Assembly: GCA_964412045.1 (NCBI GenBank)
Contig: CAYPNL010000143.1
Coordinates: 1-33,095, forward strand
Direction: 5' to 3'
Origin: an uncultured Desulfobacteraceae bacterium
GTDB lineage: Bacteria; Desulfobacterota; DSM-4660; Desulfatiglandales; B25-G16
DNA length: 33,095 bases
The notes beneath the pieces were generated by a model, which had not been told where the DNA came from, did not search any database, and saw nothing but the letters and a program-made list of their open reading frames with translations. The position numbers and the translations under genes were made by a program. Shown here in pieces: positions 28,547 through 33,095 of the stretch (the stretch's first letter is position 1; every line of letters starts with the position of its first letter).

Positions 28547-29029
28547 TTAGGATCTCAGATGCGGCCTGGGTCTGTCAGATTTTCCAGGCAGCGCTATCAA
28601 GGTCATCAGGGCTGCTGCGCTCATTGTCTCATATCCATCTTTAACCACAAAGACTTCAGGTCTACATATGGTCAAGGTACGCCCTGCCTTTATCACCTGT
28701 GCCCGGGCGATGAGAAGCTCCCCATCACCGGGAGCGAGGATGTTTAATTTATATTCAACAGTTAAGATAGATGCGCGAGGGGGCATTAACGTGAAGGCAG
28801 CATAGCCACCTGAATTATCGGCAAGCGTACCGATAACCCCTGCGTGAAAAAATCCATGCTGCTGAGAGAGTTCCTTCTTGTAGGGAAGATGGATTTCACA
28901 ATATCCGGGATGGACTTCGGCAAGCCTTGCCCCTATAAACTCCATAAATTTCTGCCTCTGAAAGCTTGATCTCACCTTTTGAACGTAATTCTTGTCCAAT
29001 GGCTCAAAGACCATAGTGTGCATCTCCAT
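28547..29029 (-). CDS. PaaI-family hotdog-fold thioesterase
   Basis: ..HGFFHAGVIGTLADNSGGYAA.. and ..TVEYKLNILAPGDGELLIARAQVIKAGRTLTICR.. are typical of PaaI/YbgC-like thioesterases. A start at the ATG at 29014 (MVFEPL) has GGAG 9 nt upstream. Confidence 0.85.
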   Translation of the reverse strand: MEMHTMVFEPLDKNYVQKVRSSFQRQKFMEFIGARLAEVHPGYCEIHLPYKKELSQQHGFFHAGVIGTLADNSGGYAAFTLMPPRASILTVEYKLNILAPGDGELLIARAQVIKAGRTLTICRPEVFVVKDGYETMSAAALMTLIALPGKSDRPRPHLRS

Positions 29030-29077
29030 TAATAATGGTATTCCTTTTCATCGTTTCCCCTAAGAGGGGCTTTCGCG

Positions 29078-29122
29078 ATATTGGGTTTATCAATATTTGG
29101 CATACCAAATAATATCTGTCAA
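29078..29122 (-). promoter_or_regulatory. candidate promoter/operator region of the thioesterase-MarR operon
   Basis: The minus strand has a perfect -35 TTGACA (29117-29122) with only a weak -10 (CAAATA/AAATAT). Two palindromes overlap it, ATTTGG-CATA-CCAAAT (29095-29110) and ATATTG-N7-CAATAT (29078-29096), and are plausible MarR boxes. Confidence 0.35.
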
Positions 29123-29131
29123 TCTTTTTGC

Positions 29132-29154
29132 GGTGAATCCGAACGGGGTTGGGC
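29132..29154 (-). mobile_element. terminal attC-like half-site (R''-L'' arm only)
   Basis: The minus strand reads GCCCAAC CCC GTTCGGATTCACC. The R'' box and flank (CAGCCCAAC) are identical to those of the methyltransferase cassettes. No matching L'/R' arm follows. Confidence 0.35.
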
Positions 29155-29371
29155 TGAAGTCACTCAGCGGACTGATGAGCTTGATATATACAAAAGGAGC
29201 ACAGAGGGATTGCCAGTCCGGGTTGATTCGTTTGTGAACCCCAGCATGTCGACTCCCCCATAATCGGGAGTGGTGCGGTTAGGGGTAGTTAGAATCCCCC
29301 TTGCCCGATCTTGCCGCCCTCCTATGGTGATGAATACACCGCCCTTGATGTTTTCGCCGTAGTGCATTTGT

Positions 29372-29665
29372 TTATCGGCTTTGGTTTCGGCAACTATACT
29401 TTTTTCGTTCATCGGTACATGACCACCACGGAAGAGAATCCCCGCCTTCCATAAAACGGATAACCGACATAAATACATCAATAAGGCAGGGGTCATTCTT
29501 CTTTCCTGATATGGCGGAAAGCTCCTCGTATAAGACAAATGGATCTTTTCCGATCAGCTTCTTTGGATGATCAATGCCGATCAGATGTAAATGAACCGCC
29601 ACCGCTTTTCCAATATTGGGAAGCTCTTCAAGCCGTGAAACCGTTTCTCTGTTTGGCGTTTTCAT
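29372..29665 (-). CDS. helix-hairpin-helix domain protein (Cdd1/TfoX-C-like)
   Basis: 97 aa. ..VSRLEELPNIGKAVAVHLHLIGIDHPKKLIGKDPFVLYEEL.. has the LPNIG HhH pattern. AAGGA lies 7 nt before the ATG. The gene starts 17 nt after a consensus GTTAGGC box. Confidence 0.65.
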   Translation of the reverse strand: MKTPNRETVSRLEELPNIGKAVAVHLHLIGIDHPKKLIGKDPFVLYEELSAISGKKNDPCLIDVFMSVIRFMEGGDSLPWWSCTDERKKYSCRNQSR

Positions 29666-29681
29666 CTATGTCCTTTGTTGC

Positions 29682-29770
29682 GCCTAACGTGCTCTGATGA
29701 TCCTTGCTTTATCACCCATGTCGGAACGTGAGACGACCTTGATTTGTCGACATAAGCAACCAAGTTCCGT
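29682..29770 (-). mobile_element. candidate long attC site upstream of the HhH cassette
   Basis: Read on the minus strand: ACGGAAC (R''-like), TTGG, the imperfect hairpin TTGCTTATGTCG / CGACAT[GGGTGAT]AAAGCAA, a 15-nt spacer, then GTTAGGC (the classical R' consensus). The arms are asymmetric. Confidence 0.3.
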
Positions 29771-29836
29771 ATTATATTAAAACCGATTCCAAATTTTCCG
29801 AACTTCGCAAGAAATAGCGCAAAGCGAAGCGAGGAG

Positions 29837-30310
29837 CTATTTCTCCTCAAGTGCATCCAATTCTTCGGCTTCCTTGAGCTTTTCAACATCAATTCTATCT
29901 TGCGGCCTCCCGCTTGCTTCCTTTGATCGAATAAGGTCAGACCGTGAAATGAATGGAATGTTAACATCCGCTAGTTGAACGACTTCACGGTTGTTCCAAG
30001 CCTCATCGAACTCTATTCCTGGAATCGACATCATAATATCAACTCTTAATGGGGGTCTGCCCATTTGATAGAAATATCCTTTATGTGCGAAGTCGTCTGA
30101 AGTAAGATTTTCCAGAGGTGCGCCAAATTCTTTCAAGGCTGAATACACGCCTTTTGTATTAGCTTGATCAGTCGCTATAAAAACATCAACGTCTTTTGTG
30201 AACCGTGGCTCACTATATTTCATAACGGCATATCCGCCCACTATGAGGTAGCGAACTTTATGCTTTTCGAAAATTTTCAACAGTCCTCTGAAGTCTGGGC
30301 TCGTCAGCAT
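29837..30310 (-). CDS. minimal nucleotidyltransferase-fold protein (module 1)
   Basis: 157 aa. ..VRYLIVGGYAVMKYSEPRFTKDVDVFI.. is the hGGxA..(x)..TxDxD pol-beta-type NTase motif. Homologous to the protein at 31563-32108. GAGGA lies 4 nt before the ATG, inside the upstream ORF. Confidence 0.75.
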   Translation of the reverse strand: MLTSPDFRGLLKIFEKHKVRYLIVGGYAVMKYSEPRFTKDVDVFIATDQANTKGVYSALKEFGAPLENLTSDDFAHKGYFYQMGRPPLRVDIMMSIPGIEFDEAWNNREVVQLADVNIPFISRSDLIRSKEASGRPQDRIDVEKLKEAEELDALEEK

Positions 30311-30455
30311 TTTGTCCTCGAATCAATAAATAGTCATTTAGCATTTCCGTCACTGCCTCGAAAATAGCAAGATCTCCTTGCGATTGCCAGAAACGAATAT
30401 CGAAAAAACGCTTATCATCTGTTATACGTTGATACTTTTCTTCAATTTTATTCAT
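30258..30455 (-). CDS. small partner protein of NTase module 1
   Basis: 65 aa with AGAGGA 7 nt before the ATG. Its 3' end overlaps the NTase gene by 53 nt in another frame. No family recognised. Confidence 0.55.
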   Translation of the reverse strand: MNKIEEKYQRITDDKRFFDIRFWQSQGDLAIFEAVTEMLNDYLLIRGQNADEPRLQRTVENFRKA

Positions 30456-30475
30456 TTTGTATCCTCTTGCACCGG

Positions 30476-30544
30476 GTAGGGTAGGGCGTTACCGCCCCTT
30501 TCCCCCCTAAGAACCCTGCGTGATAGTTTCCCATCACAAGGCTC
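30476..30544 (-). mobile_element. group II intron domain V + domain VI (3' stub, no ORF, no domains I-III)
   Basis: The minus strand reads GAGCCTTGTGATGGGAAACTATCACGCAGGGTTC (30544-30511). This is a 34-nt DV with the AGC triad, a 2-nt AC bulge and a GAAA loop. Then come TTA and GGGGGGAAAGGGGCG-GTAA-CGCCCTACCCTAC, a DVI with a GNRA loop and a bulged A 7 nt from the ..TAC 3' end. Confidence 0.75.
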
Positions 30545-30627
30545 AAGCATCCCAAAGATAAGCCCTTGTGAGGCAATCCGCTGATGAGAATTATATTCCT
30601 CATCAACTTTACGATACTGACTGACAG

Positions 30628-30687
30628 CTACAATGCCTTTCGGCAAGAGGTGCACCAGCTTTTTGCCATCGCCTTATGCCGTTGGGC
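30628..30687 (-). mobile_element. atypical attC candidate following methyltransferase cassette copy 1
   Basis: Read on the minus strand: GCCCAAC (perfect RYYYAAC), GGCAT, ..TGGCAA-N16-TTGCCG.., AAGGC, ATTGTAG. It is 60 bp with a 7-5-..-5-7 layout, but the inner pairing and the R' box are poor. Confidence 0.35.
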
Positions 30688-30752
30688 TGTTTTTGTCGGT
30701 ACTGCTTATTTCTCTCCCCGTATCATCGCCATAGTTCCCAAAATGAATGGAA
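30679..30752. repeat. 74-bp perfect direct repeat, copy 1 (3' end of methyltransferase gene + R'' box)
   Basis: Base-for-base identical to 33022-33095 (checked by eye), at an offset of 2343 bp. Confidence 0.9.
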
Positions 30753-31479
30753 CTTTTAATAGGTGCGGAATAAAGGGCGAATCTTTTGTTTGGATGAACT
30801 CCACCTTGGCTGTTCCCCAGGTCTTGATGGTAGCAACTAACGCGTCCGCGTCGCCGTATATCTTCTTAATGAGGAACTCATCCTGGAAAGCGAACGTACC
30901 GCCTTTCTTTAGGACGCGCAGCGCTTCACGAATAACCTCGCGCTTGTCATTGACGCCGCCCACTTCGTGGAAGACGAAATTGCTCACCACTGCATCGAAG
31001 TGCCCGTCATCGAATGGCAATGACGCGGCACTGCCTTTTTGGAAGGTCACACGATCACTTACTCCCTCGATCGTCGCGTTACGGTCACAGGCACTCATTG
31101 AGTACTCCCATCTCTTTCCCCAATAGTCAATCCCGAGGACTTCTGCGTTTCCGTGTTTCTGAGCGAGCTTGATGGCAAGGGCGCCGTTTCCACACCCTAT
31201 ATCCAAAAGTTTCCCTTCTCCGTTCCAATCCAAGAAATCTATCACCAGGTTCCAAATAGACTCTTGCACATTGCCCGATTGAGGAGAAAACTTGAAGCGA
31301 ATATACGATAGATAACCAGCTACCAACAGAAAGAACGCAGCGGGAATCAGCAGGAAAAGTGAGACAATGCTCGACGCCAGGAAAGCCAATCCTATTGCAA
31401 GAGAGACATAGATGATTCGTTTAGGAACCCAATTGCCATAATCGGGATACTCGTTGTGTTGCTCATTCATGCGCTTCAC
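30706..31479 (-). CDS. class I SAM-dependent methyltransferase with two N-terminal TM helices
   Basis: Motif I LLDIGCGNGALAIKLA, the acidic loop VLGIDY and post-I/II motifs (FDAVVSNFVFHEV, LKKGGTFAF). The hydrophobic N-terminus is IIYVSLAIGLAFLASSIVSLFLLIPAAFFLLVAGYL. The listed start is GTG; an ATG lies at 31470. Confidence 0.85.
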   Translation of the reverse strand: MKRMNEQHNEYPDYGNWVPKRIIYVSLAIGLAFLASSIVSLFLLIPAAFFLLVAGYLSYIRFKFSPQSGNVQESIWNLVIDFLDWNGEGKLLDIGCGNGALAIKLAQKHGNAEVLGIDYWGKRWEYSMSACDRNATIEGVSDRVTFQKGSAASLPFDDGHFDAVVSNFVFHEVGGVNDKREVIREALRVLKKGGTFAFQDEFLIKKIYGDADALVATIKTWGTAKVEFIQTKDSPFIPHLLKVPFILGTMAMIRGEK

Positions 31480-31499
31480 GCTTTCATGTTTCCGTGAAA

Positions 31500-31558
31500 G
31501 GCCAACGCTGCGGATCAGACGCGGCTATTTGCCGTCGCGTGCACCCGTCTTGTTCGGT
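31500..31558 (-). mobile_element. attC site (59 bp) between NTase module 2 and the methyltransferase cassette
   Basis: Read on the minus strand: ACCGAAC, AAGAC, a 35-nt imperfect hairpin (about 10 bp with single-base bulges), GCAGC, GTTGGCC. Confidence 0.5.
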
Positions 31559-31562
31559 GGTA

Positions 31563-32108
31563 TTACTTGTTGCCGCCATGTTCCTCGTCCTCCTCGCTGC
31601 GATACTCCTCCCCCAGTTGCCGCAAAGTTTCTTTAAGCACAGGTAGTCGCTGCTTGTCTTTGAAATCTGTAGAAGCTTTCTTGAGTTCGATTAACGTCTT
31701 TAGATCTAGCACTCGAAGGGTGTGACCTCTGAAATCAATTTCCACGGTATGGTTCAGGAGGTCCTCGTATGATCTTCCCCCTTCAATAACAGCTAAGACA
31801 TCCAGAGGGCCTAGTCGCGTCTTAAGAAGCAGGTGGCCCTTCCCGGATAGCTCGCGCTCTTTCGGTTCAATCAACTTGTCGTCCAAGCGACGATGAACAG
31901 CATCAACCGATTTAAGATAGGCGAGTAGTTTTCCTATGTTTTCGGGAGATTGGCTGTGAACGATATCCACATCCATCGTTGTGACCGGGGCTCCCTGGAT
32001 TACGGCTGCAAGGCCTCCTACCAGAATAAAATCGACGCCTGCCTCGAGCAGCCCCTCCAGAACATCACCTAGGTTTGCGCTTGTTGTTCTTCTGCCGCCT
32101 GTAGGCAT
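31563..32108 (-). CDS. minimal nucleotidyltransferase-fold protein (module 2)
   Basis: 181 aa. ..VDFILVGGLAAVIQGAPVTTMDVDIVH.. is an NTase motif. The C-terminal ..LKTLIELKKASTDFKDKQRLPVLKE.. parallels ..RSDLIRSKEASGRPQDRIDVEKLKE.. of module 1. GGAG lies 7 nt before the ATG, inside the upstream ORF. Confidence 0.7.
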   Translation of the reverse strand: MPTGGRRTTSANLGDVLEGLLEAGVDFILVGGLAAVIQGAPVTTMDVDIVHSQSPENIGKLLAYLKSVDAVHRRLDDKLIEPKERELSGKGHLLLKTRLGPLDVLAVIEGGRSYEDLLNHTVEIDFRGHTLRVLDLKTLIELKKASTDFKDKQRLPVLKETLRQLGEEYRSEEDEEHGGNK

Positions 32109-32241
32109 CCCTCAACTCCAGAATTGTACGAAATGCGTTGTCATTAGCCCGTAAACGCTCCTCGGGCGACATCCTTAAGAACATGGCGACTAATCCCTTA
32201 TCCACACCGGATTGATCATCGCTTTTTGTTTCTTTAGACAT
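32065..32241 (-). CDS. small partner protein of NTase module 2
   Basis: The preferred start is the ATG at 32241 (MSKETKSDD), with GAGAGG 8 nt upstream; the ORF track uses a TTG at 32265. It has a basic C-terminal tail. Its 3' end overlaps the NTase gene by 44 nt out of frame. Confidence 0.5.
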   Translation of the reverse strand: MSKETKSDDQSGVDKGLVAMFLRMSPEERLRANDNAFRTILELRDAYRRQKNNKRKPR

Positions 32242-32280
32242 GCTATGACCTCTCTTGAACGACAAGTATGAACCCTTTCA

Positions 32281-32350
32281 GCCGAACGAAAAGTTCACCG
32301 GGACCAAGGGCCGCCAGGCCCTTGGGATCAGGTGGAGCGACAGGTTGACC
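32281..32350 (-). mobile_element. attC site (70 bp) downstream of mazF
   Basis: Read on the minus strand: GGTCAAC, CTGTC, GCTCCACC, a 31-nt variable region with the perfect 9-bp stem CCAAGGGCC/GGCCCTTGG, GGTGAAC, TTTTC, GTTCGGC. L'' has one extra base relative to L'. Confidence 0.65.
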
Positions 32351-32359
32351 GTTCATGTC

Positions 32360-32671
32360 TCAGATATCAAGGGCAAAACCGATTGCACGCCCAACATCAA
32401 CCATCTTTGCTAGAGGTAAGGATGTGATCAATGATCCGATTTTTTCCTTTGAAACAGTCTGCAAGTGGTCACAATTGACAGCACAATCCTGGGGCATGCC
32501 GTCAGCTTTCGAGAGAAACACCTCAGACGGGATTTTTCGGACGGTAGTTGTGATAGGAGCGATAGTGACCTCACCAAGATATTCCAGCACAGAATCTCGT
32601 GTCAGAACAAGAACTGGTCGTTTCTTGTCAGGCCGTAAGAACTTGTAATAACGTATTTCACCGCGCTTCAT
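32360..32671 (-). CDS. mazF: type II toxin, MazF/PemK-family endoribonuclease
   Basis: 103 aa. MKRGEIRYYKF..KKRPVLVLTRD..VTIAPITTT..P.EV.L.....GMPQDCAVNCDHLQTVSKEKI is a typical PemK/MazF pattern. Its ATG overlaps the antitoxin stop (ATGA). Confidence 0.9.
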   Translation of the reverse strand: MKRGEIRYYKFLRPDKKRPVLVLTRDSVLEYLGEVTIAPITTTVRKIPSEVFLSKADGMPQDCAVNCDHLQTVSKEKIGSLITSLPLAKMVDVGRAIGFALDI

Positions 32672-32901
32672 TCATCCCCCCAAGCATGCTCGGTTTCCCA
32701 AACCGAAAACTCATCGGCAGCAACCGGGTGTTGTGCATAACCCAGGCGATGCTTGTGTTCTAGCTCTTCAAGCTTATAACGGGCGAGTGCGTCACGGAGT
32801 GCCTTTCTTGCAAAAGCAGAACGGCTTGTACGGAGTTCCTTTGAAACGCGGTCGACCGCTTTCACAAGGTCATCATCAAGGGTCATCTGAATAGTTTTCA
32901 T
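32668..32901 (-). CDS. ribbon-helix-helix (CopG/MazE-type) antitoxin
   Basis: 77 aa. The N-terminal RHH is MKTIQMTLDDDLVKAVDRVSKELRTSRSAFARKALRDAL. GAGGTG lies 6 nt before the ATG. Confidence 0.85.
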   Translation of the reverse strand: MKTIQMTLDDDLVKAVDRVSKELRTSRSAFARKALRDALARYKLEELEHKHRLGYAQHPVAADEFSVWETEHAWGDE

Positions 32902-32933
32902 ATCACACCTCTATAATGTGTATTGTTATAGCT

Positions 32934-32962
32934 ATAATAATCCACATTATGTGCCATGTCAA
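32934..32962 (-). promoter_or_regulatory. cassette-internal sigma70-type promoter with flanking operator repeats for copG-mazF
   Basis: The minus strand has TTGACA (32962-32957), exactly 17 nt, then TATTAT (32939-32934). The inverted repeats ATAATGTG / CACATTAT flank the -10. Confidence 0.55.
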
Positions 32963-32974
32963 ATCGATTGATTC

Positions 32975-33030
32975 GGCCAATGTCGAGTTCACCGGGAGCG
33001 TTAGCGATCTGGTGGAACGCCCCGTTGGGC
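32975..33030 (-). mobile_element. attC site (56 bp) downstream of methyltransferase cassette copy 2
   Basis: Read on the minus strand: GCCCAAC, GGGGC, GTTCCACC, 17 nt, GGTGAAC, TCGAC, ATTGGCC. L'' has one extra base, which is an extrahelical G on the plus (bottom) strand (GGTG[G]AAC vs GTTCACC). Confidence 0.65.
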
Positions 33031-33095
33031 TGTTTTTGTCGGTACTGCTTATTTCTCTCCCCGTATCATCGCCATAGTTCCCAAAATGAATGGAA
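33022..33095. repeat. 74-bp perfect direct repeat, copy 2 (cut by the window edge)
   Basis: Identical to 30679-30752. Confidence 0.9.
33049..33095 (-). CDS. 3' end of a second copy of the membrane SAM-methyltransferase gene (partial, continues off-window)
   Basis: The last 15 codons plus stop are identical at the DNA level to those of 30706-31479. The rest of the gene lies beyond the window. Confidence 0.6.
   Translation of the reverse strand, partial: PFILGTMAMIRGEK

Noticed and set aside
26389-29029. GNAT, MBL hydrolase, MarR and PaaI thioesterase genes as further integron cassettes
   Set aside because: They share the strand and small accessory character of the cassettes, but I found no R''/L''/L'/R' architecture in their spacers. 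The 28002-28079 spacer has only a GAGAAGC/GCTTCTC inverted repeat with no GTT box. The thioesterase-MarR pair has its own promoter region.
29662-29967. 101-aa minus-strand ORF
   Set aside because: It overlaps the 3' part of NTase module 1 and runs through the attC-like spacer. It has no SD, a basic low-complexity translation and no family.
30452-30655. 67-aa minus-strand ORF (..GMLEPCDGKLSRRVLRGERGGN..)
   Set aside because: Its central part is simply the translation of the group II intron domain V-VI RNA; the EP..GKLSR.VLRG pattern arises from the conserved DV sequence. It has no SD and no family, so it is treated as non-coding.

Overview
This is a 33.1-kb, densely coding bacterial chromosomal window, roughly 50% GC by eye. 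The gene content would fit an anaerobic Desulfobacterota/Nitrospirota-type organism, but taxonomy cannot be established from the window. (1) 1-1.7 kb, plus strand: a 5'-truncated GltB-like FMN enzyme, a small 4Fe-4S ferredoxin and a Cys-rich ORF. (2) 1.7-16.7 kb is one long minus-strand run. It starts with guaA, hisH and glmM. Next comes a three-gene block: a NagB-like deaminase, a 1237-aa GlmS-like amidotransferase/SIS protein about twice the normal size, and a 575-aa orphan. Two copies of a GGAG/CTCC-rich palindromic repeat bracket this block. A rho-independent terminator follows, then gdhA overlapping an 888-aa KaiC-like/PEP-utilising ATP-grasp fusion. (3) 16.9-24.2 kb is an envelope/lipid-A-type remodelling island: GT39 ArnT-like, BNR sialidase-like, membrane protein, GT2 ArnC-like, flippase-like protein, ICMT-family methyltransferase and PAP2 phosphatase. 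(4) 24.2-29.0 kb holds a DapF-fold protein with both catalytic Cys replaced by Ser, a membrane protein, a ferritin-like protein, GNAT, MBL hydrolase, MarR and a PaaI thioesterase. (5) From 29.1 kb to the right edge is an integron-type gene-cassette array on the minus strand with recognisable attC sites. Its cassettes are an HhH protein, two divergent small-ORF + minimal-nucleotidyltransferase modules, a membrane SAM-methyltransferase (a second copy starts at the window edge) and a self-promoted CopG-MazF module. An intact-looking group II intron domain V-VI stub sits next to one attC. No rRNA, tRNA, CRISPR array, transposase or integrase gene was seen in the window.
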